In this document: piece by piece, positions 46,881-55,388 of the stretch
Layout of the letters: each line of letters opens with the position of its first letter
Position numbering within the stretch: the stretch's first letter is position 1
Virus record (IMG/VR): IMGVR_UViG_3300029746_000007
Coordinates: 19,505 to 83,504 of that record
DNA: 64,000 bases
Direction: 5' to 3' (one strand)
Source of the DNA: a virus
Taxonomy: Duplodnaviria > Heunggongvirae > Uroviricota > Caudoviricetes
The notes under the pieces: generated by a model
Told to the model about the DNA's origin: nothing
The model's input: only the letters and a program-made list of their open reading frames with translations
Databases searched by the model: none
Translations under genes and position numbers: made by a program

Positions 46881-47027
46881 GGTGGATGACAGCAACGGAA
46901 CGAATTTTGTTGTGCATGACAGGTTCTAGTATGAGTAGGAACGCTGTGGTTGTAAGTGAAGTTATCGAGAAGATGCGCCTTTGAGGTAATGAATCTTATA
47001 AAGGTGGTTCGAATCCACCATCCATCT
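46881..47027 (+). ncRNA. tRNA-like element: canonical T-arm plus 7-bp acceptor pairing, but 147 nt long (tRNA with a large insertion, or another structured RNA)
   Basis: GGTGG-TTCGAAT-CCACC at 47003..47019; 3' strand ATCCATC (47020..47026) pairs perfectly (one G-U) with GGTGGAT at 46881..46887. Confidence 0.25.
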
Positions 47028-47198
47028 TTTGTGGATTGATACAATGCTAGTTGTTGAGATTCACATATCCGAACGAAAGTATGCCATGAGAAAGCATATT
47101 TGAATTGTATAAGTGTCGTTAAACAGCAAACTTTCTCCGACATTTATATTTCATAGGTTGTAGCGCGCATAATCTGTGACGGAACTATTACATTAGTG

Positions 47199-47276
47199 TG
47201 GCAATTAGCTCAGTAGGGAGAGCAAAGAACAAGGTATACTTTTCTACGGTCGGTGGTTCGAGTCCATCATTGTCAC
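47199..47276 (+). tRNA. tRNA (anticodon unresolved; anticodon stem has a mismatch and the variable region is extended)
   Basis: acceptor TGGCAAT/ATTGTCA, D-arm GCTC-AGTAGGGA-GAGC, T-arm GGTGG-TTCGAGT-CCATC. Confidence 0.5.
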
Positions 47277-47340
47277 ATCGGTTAGATAATAACCGAAATC
47301 ATAGTTTTTCATACTTTTCATTGACGTTTGTTTACGGGTT

Positions 47341-47408
47341 TGGCTGTTGGTGTAAATGGATAGCACGTTATTGCCGTAAAGATAAAGGTTCGAATCCTTT
47401 ACAGTCAA
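47341..47408 (+). other. tRNA-like degenerate element (too short for a canonical tRNA)
   Basis: T-arm AAAGG-TTCGAAT-CCTTT and acceptor TGGCTGT/ACAGTCA pair, but only 17 nt lie between the D- and T-arms. Confidence 0.3.
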
Positions 47409-47629
47409 TTAAAAATAAGCAAAAAGGAGTGAAAATTTACAATGAAATTTGAATTTCAAATGGAACAAGATGAGCAGATGATTCATGGCAAAATCGAAGC
47501 GGATAGCGAAGAAATTGCTACAGAAATGGTAAAGAATGGTGAATATACAGATAAGGATATTATCAGCAGAGAGCCATATAACAAGCACGATTCGTACTTT
47601 GCTATTTGGTCTATATAGGAGGTGAATGT

Positions 47630-47944
47630 TTGAAAGATACAGAAAAATTCGAAAAAGAATTAGAAGATATGGTCAAGTATGTTTTCGGTGAAGAAGACTT
47701 CAAACCTCTTGTAGAAACATTAAAAAAATTATCAGAAGCCGGAGAGCATGAAGATAATTTAAATCTCAATATTTCTCAATTAAAAAAGAGAATAAAGTAT
47801 TGTAGAAATCCATTAGAAAAACAATCTCTACAGAGAGAATTAAATACATTATATAAGAAAAGAAAGAGAGGACTTAATTATGGGAACACATTATGGAAAG
47901 ATGAAAAGTATTTTTGCAAAACTGGACAATCAGTTAGGAGCTAA
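47630..47944 (+). CDS. hypothetical protein
   Basis: TTG start after TAGGAGGTGAATG; alternative upstream starts would overlap the RBS. Confidence 0.35.
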   Translation: MKDTEKFEKELEDMVKYVFGEEDFKPLVETLKKLSEAGEHEDNLNLNISQLKKRIKYCRNPLEKQSLQRELNTLYKKRKRGLNYGNTLWKDEKYFCKTGQSVRS

Positions 47945-48006
47945 TAAAGCTGCGATGGCAAAGAAGAAACATGATAAAGAGAATGCTAAGAAGGAGAATA
48001 AATAAT

Positions 48007-48351
48007 ATGGATACAATGACAAAAATGGCACTTAGAAAAATGCTTTCAGAGGGATTAGATACAGAAGAACCAAAGGATACATCAATGGATGATATGATTA
48101 AAGAATATATCAACAAATATAAGCCTACTGTATATATGGTATGTAAAGAAATGCTTGAGATTATGAAGGACTTTGTGAAGAACGATGACTATTACAAAGT
48201 AGTCGCAGAGAATAAAAGAAATATGTATGATGCATATGTAAAAACAGGATTCTCGGAAGATCAGGCAATGGCATTAGTTCTTAATGACAACCTCCAGCTT
48301 ATGAAATCCATTCAGAATGCTAAAACAACGACGAATTCAAAGAATAAATAA
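48007..48351 (+). CDS. hypothetical protein
   Basis: ATG at 48007 after AGAAGGAGAATAAATAAT. Confidence 0.4.
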   Translation: MDTMTKMALRKMLSEGLDTEEPKDTSMDDMIKEYINKYKPTVYMVCKEMLEIMKDFVKNDDYYKVVAENKRNMYDAYVKTGFSEDQAMALVLNDNLQLMKSIQNAKTTTNSKNK

Positions 48352-48386
48352 CCGGATGAAAGTGACATTTTAGGAGGAGATAGAAT

Positions 48387-48788
48387 ATGAATTTTGGAAA
48401 AGCAATTGAAGCATTAAAAGATGGTAAGAAAGTGGCACGTAAAGGATGGAATGGTAAAGGAATCTATCTGGAAATGTATTCGCCAGAAGTCAATCTTGAA
48501 ACTATTGCAGAAGCAGTGCATAACGCATGGTGGGAAGAAAAGAAAAAACAGGGAGTTACAGATCACCCGGATATGATTCCGTATTCTGAACTGAGTGAAG
48601 AAGTGAAAGAATACGACAGAGTTACAGCAAGAACAACTATTGAAGCATTCAATTATATGACGCATTCGTTCATATATATCAACACTACTGGATTACAGAC
48701 AGAAAATCCTTATGCGCCTAAAAATAAAGTGCCGTGGACACCGTCTCAGACAGATATGCTATCTGAAGACTGGATGATTGTAGAGTAA
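48387..48788 (+). CDS. DUF2829-family protein with an inserted RyR-like domain
   Basis: MNFGKAIEALKDGKKVARKGWNG start and SQTDMLSEDWMIVE end match DUF2829; the internal IAEAVHNAWWEEKKKQG...HPDMIPYSELSEEVKEYDRVTARTTIEAF matches the RyR-domain pattern. Confidence 0.5.
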   Translation: MNFGKAIEALKDGKKVARKGWNGKGIYLEMYSPEVNLETIAEAVHNAWWEEKKKQGVTDHPDMIPYSELSEEVKEYDRVTARTTIEAFNYMTHSFIYINTTGLQTENPYAPKNKVPWTPSQTDMLSEDWMIVE

Positions 48789-48833
48789 ACATAGATTTCA
48801 TTTTGGATTGGAGAATAACAAGGTGGTGAGATT

Positions 48834-49100
48834 TTGAAAAAGAAAATTGCAGCGATTGTTCTTGGGTTGTCAATATGTTTTTGTATGACAGGGTGTGGTA
48901 ATGGAGACATAACGCCAACAAACAACAAGCTTGGAAATAAATATTTTGATCTTGTTGATATTTATGAAGCTGGGTACACGACTGTTGCCTATGATAAAAA
49001 TACTAATGTAATGTATTATATGGTAGAATCTGGAAATGCTTTTGGTATAACACCAATTTATAATTCAGATGGAACTTTGAAATTATATGAAGGAGAATAG
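48834..49100 (+). CDS. lipoprotein
   Basis: signal peptide MKKKIAAIVLGLSICFCMTGC with lipobox MTGC. Confidence 0.55.
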   Translation: MKKKIAAIVLGLSICFCMTGCGNGDITPTNNKLGNKYFDLVDIYEAGYTTVAYDKNTNVMYYMVESGNAFGITPIYNSDGTLKLYEGE

Positions 49101-49102
49101 AA

Positions 49103-49597
49103 ATGGCAAAAAGTATATTTGTACAACGAGAAGTTGAAGAAATATATGAAAGTTATGTCAAGTATGATTGGATTTATGGTACTACTTCTTCAAGAGAACA
49201 TTATATCAAAAAACCAAAAAAGTATGATATGCGATATTCTTGTAAAGATAATGTACTAAGTCAAAAAATTATTGGAGAATATAATATTGACAATCCTCCA
49301 CTAAAAGTTGGAGAAGAATTTTTTCTGTGTGACATAAAAAAGTTGGTAAAAATTCATAAAAGATGTCGTAACTCAGATGGTTCATTTACATATTATATTG
49401 AAGATAAATATATCGAAACAGAGAATACAAAATTATCAAAAGAAAAATGTGAAAAAGATTTTGATAGATATTGCGCTTGTGTAGATGAGCTTGATGAATT
49501 ACGTAAAAAATTTTGTGATTACAAAAGAGAATATAAGTATAAACACAGATTCTTCAATTTTAGATCAGATAAAGCACCAAATGATAAGAACCGATGA
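49103..49597 (+). CDS. hypothetical protein
   Basis: plus-strand ORF starting right after the upstream stop. Confidence 0.45.
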   Translation: MAKSIFVQREVEEIYESYVKYDWIYGTTSSREHYIKKPKKYDMRYSCKDNVLSQKIIGEYNIDNPPLKVGEEFFLCDIKKLVKIHKRCRNSDGSFTYYIEDKYIETENTKLSKEKCEKDFDRYCACVDELDELRKKFCDYKREYKYKHRFFNFRSDKAPNDKNR

Positions 49598-49840
49598 ATC
49601 TAATCTTTCATTCGGACTAACATAAATATAAAAATCACGGATCAATTCGATCCATAAATTCCAAATATTCAAACAACCGAATAGAGAATAAATATGGGTG
49701 GACAGGCATACCCTTGGGTTTTTGCACTCAAAAATCACCTTTTACATAGAAATTCACATAAATTTATTTCTGTGTTCCGTCCGTATGGGCGTTTAAATAA
49801 ATAACAAAAAAATTATACATATATAAGGAGGATTCATTTA

Positions 49841-51070
49841 ATGAATTATGACATGATTGGAAAACTCAGTATTTCTAAGGAAACTGAGAAATTCAAGCCG
49901 TACACAGAAAACAAATATCCGTCTGGTTGGGTAAGAAAGCAGTTACTTTTTAACGCTACCTGTGGTGATAATCGGCATATGCTTTCAGTTACAGCCGGTG
50001 CTTTTGAAGACGGTCATGGTGATATTTACACATTCACAAAAGGCGGTACTGATGAAAATGGAAACAAAGTAAAAGGTGAGTCAATTCAGATTCCTTTCAA
50101 AGAAAGATTAACTTCTCCTAGACTTGCAGAAGTTGCAGAATTTAAGAAGTTTATTTTCGATCTTGAAAAACCAGGACGCAGATATAAACTTCAGAATATG
50201 GCGGAGAAACTTCATGAAGGAAAAGAACTTACAGATGAAGAATTAAAAGAAGTAGGTCTTGAATCAAAAGATGAAGTTGTAGAAGCTTACGAGAAGAGTA
50301 AAAAAAGAAGACATGAGTTTATTTCAGAATGGGACTACATCGACTTTATTAAAAAGGTAATCAATAGCGAGAAGTATAAAGATAAGATGTTCCTTATTAA
50401 AGGAAATGGTGACTATAATTATTCAGAAAAAAATCAGAGAGTTTATGAGTCATATGTGCCAAGCAGAATTTACCTTGCAGCAGACGATGCAGAGCCATCT
50501 TCGACAGCGACGATTAACATTATCTTTAATAAAGATAGTTTAGATGATTTAAGCGTAGAAGAAAAAGGTAAGTATTTCGTAAATGGATATATGATGGAAT
50601 ACGATCAGGGACGTAAATCTAACATCCCAGTACCAGTTACAATTACAATTCCAGTCCCATCGGATGATAGCGATCCAAAAGCAAAGAAAAAAGCAGAAGC
50701 AATTAAACATAAATTTATTGTTGAGGATGATTCATTTAAAGAATACGGAGCAATTGTAAATATGCTTAATGGAGCACAGAAGACGGAAATTACTGAGGAC
50801 ATGCTTACAGATGAACAGAAAGAAGACCTTGATCTAGGAATTATTACTATGGAGGACATTCGGGCGGATCTTGGAGGAGATGTTTATGGAGAGCGAATTA
50901 GAGAATACCAGTTTGCAAAACCTGCTCGTGGATTTACAAAAGGTCGTCAAGATACAGTTTGGACTGAAGAGGATATGATCATTAAACCTATCGAAGAAGA
51001 GGTTCAGGATGATGAGGATCTTTTTGAAGATGAAAAAGTAGATGATGTAGACGATGATGATGAATTATAA
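49841..51070 (+). CDS. replication-module protein with acidic C-terminal tail ending DDDDEL (possible ssDNA-binding or accessory protein)
   Basis: AAGGAGGATTCATTTA RBS; C-terminal QDDEDLFEDEKVDDVDDDDEL. Confidence 0.45.
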   Translation: MNYDMIGKLSISKETEKFKPYTENKYPSGWVRKQLLFNATCGDNRHMLSVTAGAFEDGHGDIYTFTKGGTDENGNKVKGESIQIPFKERLTSPRLAEVAEFKKFIFDLEKPGRRYKLQNMAEKLHEGKELTDEELKEVGLESKDEVVEAYEKSKKRRHEFISEWDYIDFIKKVINSEKYKDKMFLIKGNGDYNYSEKNQRVYESYVPSRIYLAADDAEPSSTATINIIFNKDSLDDLSVEEKGKYFVNGYMMEYDQGRKSNIPVPVTITIPVPSDDSDPKAKKKAEAIKHKFIVEDDSFKEYGAIVNMLNGAQKTEITEDMLTDEQKEDLDLGIITMEDIRADLGGDVYGERIREYQFAKPARGFTKGRQDTVWTEEDMIIKPIEEEVQDDEDLFEDEKVDDVDDDDEL

Positions 51071-51134
51071 GTTAGAGGGCTTCGTGCTCTCTAATCAACA
51101 AAACAAATTATATACAAGAGGAGAATAAATACAT

Positions 51135-52283
51135 ATGGCATTTAAGAAACCAGAAGTTAATGTAATTAAACCAGATATCAAAAACCTTTCAATTTATCTT
51201 AGAAGTACAAAGAAATTTGGTAAGTCCACACTTTTCAGAGACGTTATTCTCGCAAAATATGGTGATCCATCAAGAGGACTTCTTGTTGGCTGTGGTAACG
51301 AGATCGGATATAAAATGCTCGATAATTTAAATGTTACGCAGGTGACATCATATAAGGATATGACTGAGCTTGAAAAATGGTTAATTGAGAAGAAAGGTAT
51401 TGAACATAATATTGAAATCGTAGCATTTGATACAGGGGATGAGCTTGCACTTCTTGCTGATGCAGAAACAATTCGTCAGTCAAACGTAGAAAATCCTAAT
51501 AAGAAATGCAAATCAATTAAAGCAGCATTTGGAGGATATACGGCAGGGGAAAAATATTCTGCAAATGATATTATTAAGCCTTATATGTCAAAACTTCAGG
51601 CTGCTGGATTTGGTGTGTGGGTAATTGCACATACAAAATTCAAAACCATTAAAGAAAAGGGCGGTCTCGATGAAGATGGATATATGCAGTTATCTTCCAA
51701 TATGGGCGCAGATTATGAAGCTGCTTTCGGGGATATCTTCGATGTGACTCTTACAGGAGTAATTGATCGTGATCTTGAAGAGAAGAAAGTTGGAGATAAA
51801 ACTAAGAAATATGCTACAGACGAAGTAAGAAAGCTTTACTTTAGAGGTACGACACTCATTGATGCAGGTGGAAGATTTGCAGATGGGGCAGTGCCAGAAT
51901 TTATGATTTTCGACAAACCAGATATGGGAGCAGAATTCGTCAAAGTAGTGGAAGAAGGCATGGAGAAATCTAAAACTGAACTTAGTAAAAGACCTAAAGT
52001 AAGCGCAGAAGTTAAACCCACCGTTCAGACTCCATTGAGCACAGAACCATCTAACTCAGTTAGTGAAGATATTGATGATATTGACATGAAAGATAGCGTC
52101 GATACATCAGAAGAAGTAGCATCAGATTATCCAGATGATCTTAATTCTGTAATTAGAACAATGTTTAAAGAGTGTCAGGATAAAGAGCTTAAATCTCAGG
52201 TGAAATCAGTTATTGCTGAGTATGGAAAACTCAACGATGTTGATGAAGATGGTCTGAAAAAAATTTATGACATGATGAAATAG
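51135..52283 (+). CDS. RecA-fold ATPase, Sak4/AAA_24-like recombination protein
   Basis: Walker A TKKFGKSTLF and Walker B-like IEIVAFDTGDE. Confidence 0.5.
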   Translation: MAFKKPEVNVIKPDIKNLSIYLRSTKKFGKSTLFRDVILAKYGDPSRGLLVGCGNEIGYKMLDNLNVTQVTSYKDMTELEKWLIEKKGIEHNIEIVAFDTGDELALLADAETIRQSNVENPNKKCKSIKAAFGGYTAGEKYSANDIIKPYMSKLQAAGFGVWVIAHTKFKTIKEKGGLDEDGYMQLSSNMGADYEAAFGDIFDVTLTGVIDRDLEEKKVGDKTKKYATDEVRKLYFRGTTLIDAGGRFADGAVPEFMIFDKPDMGAEFVKVVEEGMEKSKTELSKRPKVSAEVKPTVQTPLSTEPSNSVSEDIDDIDMKDSVDTSEEVASDYPDDLNSVIRTMFKECQDKELKSQVKSVIAEYGKLNDVDEDGLKKIYDMMK

Positions 52284-52285
52284 GA

Positions 52286-52777
52286 GTGTGCACTACTATG
52301 GGAAGGACAGTAAAATGTCGTAAATGTGGTGCGAGAATAGATCAAAAAACAGCATTCAAAGTAGTAGTAGGTAAAGTCAATACCTACTACTGCAATGAAC
52401 AAGAATACAATGAGATTATTTCTGCACGACAAATGAAAGATGATACATATGAATGCATTAATAAAATATTTGGATATGTTGTTACAAATACAGCGATTTT
52501 CAAAGAAATAAATGCTCTCGTTAAAAATTATAACTATAGTTTGATTTTATCTTATTTGCAAGAAAATTTTGATTATTTATACGAAGTAATGCATCGAGAT
52601 TTTGAAAAAGAATATGGTAAGATTCGATACTTTTCTGCCATCTTAAACAATAATCTTAGAGATTATAAGAAAGAAAAAGAAGAGGAATACACTCCTGTAA
52701 AACAAGTAGAAGTAGAGATTATAGAAAATCATTATAAACGGAAGAAGAAACGTAGAGGACTTGATGAAATTGAATAA
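52286..52777 (+). CDS. hypothetical protein with N-terminal zinc ribbon
   Basis: VKCRKCGARID. Confidence 0.4.
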   Translation: MCTTMGRTVKCRKCGARIDQKTAFKVVVGKVNTYYCNEQEYNEIISARQMKDDTYECINKIFGYVVTNTAIFKEINALVKNYNYSLILSYLQENFDYLYEVMHRDFEKEYGKIRYFSAILNNNLRDYKKEKEEEYTPVKQVEVEIIENHYKRKKKRRGLDEIE

Positions 52778-52782
52778 GGAAG

Positions 52783-54342
52783 GTGATTAACATAGCAGAA
52801 TATATTTCTGGTGTAAAAGAAAAATATCCGGCACAATTATTAAAAAATCGGATAGAGACAGAGGGAAATGTAGTAAGTTGCTTTTTTAAAGATATGTTGT
52901 TGTTGGACGATACATGTTTTGAGCGAGACAACTTCATTACAGCAGATGGAAGATTCTATTTTGCAATGCTTAATCAACTTCGTAAAAAAGGATTCTACTC
53001 ATTAGATGAAGTGACTATTTTATCTAATCTTCCAGAAGAAACCATTGAAATATATGAAGATAAGGGTGGATGGGAAGCTATTCAGCATCAGATAGATATT
53101 ATCAATGTGCAGAATTTTGATACATATATAGATATTTTATATAGAGAGAATATTATCTTGAAGATGCATGATGATGGATTTAATCTTCTCAAAGAAATAG
53201 AAAGTAAAGGTAAGAAGATTGTTCCGTTAAAATTATTTCGTAAGATGACATCAGAAGAAGTAACTGATTGGTACGAATTGAGAATAAGTTCTTATGGAAC
53301 AGGTTACTCAAGCAAGATTCTTGAAGAAGAAGAAATTGACTTTGACGATGAATTCATAGAATCATGTGCTGAAGGAGAAGAAAATGGCGTACCATTTGAT
53401 ACTGCTGGATTTGATAAAAATGGTGAAGAGATAAATTGTTTTCCATTTCTATCTCGTCAGATAATGGGATTTCTTGAAGGTACTTTATCTATGATGGGTG
53501 GATTTTCTAGTGCTGGTAAGTCAACATGGTGGATCACTGTTCTAATGGCACTTCTGAATTATGATAGAAAAATCTTAATTATTTCCAACGAAGAAAATGT
53601 TAAGAAATTTAAAATCAAGTTTATAATCTGGTTGCTAGGAAAACGTAATCGATACTTTAAGTTGACAAAAAAGAAAATGATCTCTGGCGATATTTCCACT
53701 GAAAGTAGAGAACAGTTAGCAAATGTACAAAAATTTTGGAGAGAAAATTATAAGGGAAGAGTCAAGTTCATCTCTATCAACGAAGCGAATATGAATGTTG
53801 TAAAAAAGAAGATTCGTGAAAACGTATTAAGATATGGGTACGATACAGTGCTTTACGATACATTTAAAATCCAAGAAAGTGATTTTTCATCTGCAAGACA
53901 GGATCTTTCACTTGTAAGGGATAGCCGTGAGCTAGATAAGCTTGCAAAAAAATACAATCTTATTGTTTTGGCTTCTGTACAGTTAGCAGAATATATGAAA
54001 GGTAAGTTATTTCTGGATGCAGGAGTTCTTTCTAATGGTAAACAAATTAAAGAGGTACTTGAAAATCTATTTTTGATGCGCACTGTTTACACAGAAGAAT
54101 TAGATGAAAAAAATAAATTCTATTGTCGTCCATTCAGATTAAAGAAAGTAAACGATAAATGGATTGAAGAAGAATATAAACCAGATCCGACAGCGGTATG
54201 GAGAATGGTATTTACAGAGAAGTGTCGAAGCGGTGCAAATTCTAGTGATAACGGAATTGCCTATTTACTCAAATATGATGGAGATCACTGTATTTTCAGA
54301 GAGGCAGCACAATGCCGACCAAAACACGGAGAAATAAAATAA
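52783..54342 (+). CDS. DnaB-like replicative helicase (RecA-like C-terminal domain)
   Basis: Walker A GGFSSAGKSTWW; sits beside the primase gene. Confidence 0.55.
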   Translation: MINIAEYISGVKEKYPAQLLKNRIETEGNVVSCFFKDMLLLDDTCFERDNFITADGRFYFAMLNQLRKKGFYSLDEVTILSNLPEETIEIYEDKGGWEAIQHQIDIINVQNFDTYIDILYRENIILKMHDDGFNLLKEIESKGKKIVPLKLFRKMTSEEVTDWYELRISSYGTGYSSKILEEEEIDFDDEFIESCAEGEENGVPFDTAGFDKNGEEINCFPFLSRQIMGFLEGTLSMMGGFSSAGKSTWWITVLMALLNYDRKILIISNEENVKKFKIKFIIWLLGKRNRYFKLTKKKMISGDISTESREQLANVQKFWRENYKGRVKFISINEANMNVVKKKIRENVLRYGYDTVLYDTFKIQESDFSSARQDLSLVRDSRELDKLAKKYNLIVLASVQLAEYMKGKLFLDAGVLSNGKQIKEVLENLFLMRTVYTEELDEKNKFYCRPFRLKKVNDKWIEEEYKPDPTAVWRMVFTEKCRSGANSSDNGIAYLLKYDGDHCIFREAAQCRPKHGEIK

Positions 54343-54362
54343 AAATGGAGTATTAAGGTGAT

Positions 54363-55388
54363 ATGCTTGAAGATATTAAGAAAGAATTATTAAATCACCC
54401 GGATAAACTCAAAGATGTCTTAGAACATTTCGGATATTGTAATATTATCATTCGAGAAAAATATATGCAATTCGGTAGAGATGAAGTCTCATCAAAAAAA
54501 TCAATCGTAATTAAATTAAAAGAGAATAAATTTTTATACGTTCATGATTATGCCAGAAATATTCAAAAAGATTTATTTTCTTATATTATGTCACAGCGAC
54601 ATGTGGAATTTTCTGATGTTTTAAATGAAGTAAAAAAGGTTATTGGAATCACTGATTATTATGATTTTTTTGAAAGAAGAGGTATCTTTGGAGGATTTTA
54701 TGAAAGGGTTAGGAAAAGACGTACAAATTCAGAATCTAAAATATATGACGAGTCTGTATTAAATGAATTTTCTCATTTTGGTAATCTGAGATTTCTTCAA
54801 GACAATATATCCCTTAATGCTCAAAAGTTTTTCGAGATAGGATATGACGTTGAATCTCAAGGTATTACCATACCAATACGCAATCAATTTGGTCAATTAA
54901 TGGGAATAAAAGAAAGATTTAATTATGATACCGAAGACGGAGAAATGAAATATTTTTATAAATATTCTTGCCAGATGAGCAACACATTATATGGATTCTC
55001 ACAAAATTATAACTTTTTGGCAGATGGAGTGATTCTAATTTTTGAGAGTGAAAAATCAGTTATGCAATGTTATACATACGGAATAAGAAATTGTGTTGCA
55101 CTTGGGAGCGGAAGTATAAGTAAAAAGCAGATACAAATACTTCTTGAGCTTAATCCACAAAAGATAATTTTTATGCATGATGTAGGCTACAAAATGGAAT
55201 ACATCATGAGAAATATAGAATTGCTGCAAGGGTATTCGAGATTTATTGAATTAGAGATTGGATATTGGGATTTTTTTGGAAAAGATTATTCGGATAAAGT
55301 TTCTCCATCCGACATGGGGAAAGAAAAATTGGATTACATATTAACAAATGAGATAAAGATGATAGGGGATGATGATGACGAATTATAA
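54363..55388 (+). CDS. DNA primase (TOPRIM / DnaG-like catalytic core)
   Basis: ILIFESEKSVMQCY...ALGSGS...IIFMHDVG resembles TOPRIM E...DxD spacing; the C-terminus also ends DDDDEL. Confidence 0.5.
   Translation: MLEDIKKELLNHPDKLKDVLEHFGYCNIIIREKYMQFGRDEVSSKKSIVIKLKENKFLYVHDYARNIQKDLFSYIMSQRHVEFSDVLNEVKKVIGITDYYDFFERRGIFGGFYERVRKRRTNSESKIYDESVLNEFSHFGNLRFLQDNISLNAQKFFEIGYDVESQGITIPIRNQFGQLMGIKERFNYDTEDGEMKYFYKYSCQMSNTLYGFSQNYNFLADGVILIFESEKSVMQCYTYGIRNCVALGSGSISKKQIQILLELNPQKIIFMHDVGYKMEYIMRNIELLQGYSRFIELEIGYWDFFGKDYSDKVSPSDMGKEKLDYILTNEIKMIGDDDDEL

Noticed and set aside
46881-47027. tmRNA as the explanation for the long tRNA-like element
   Set aside because: 147 nt is far too short for a one-piece tmRNA (over 250 nt), and no resume codon or tag ORF is evident. 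It was left as an unclassified tRNA-like ncRNA.
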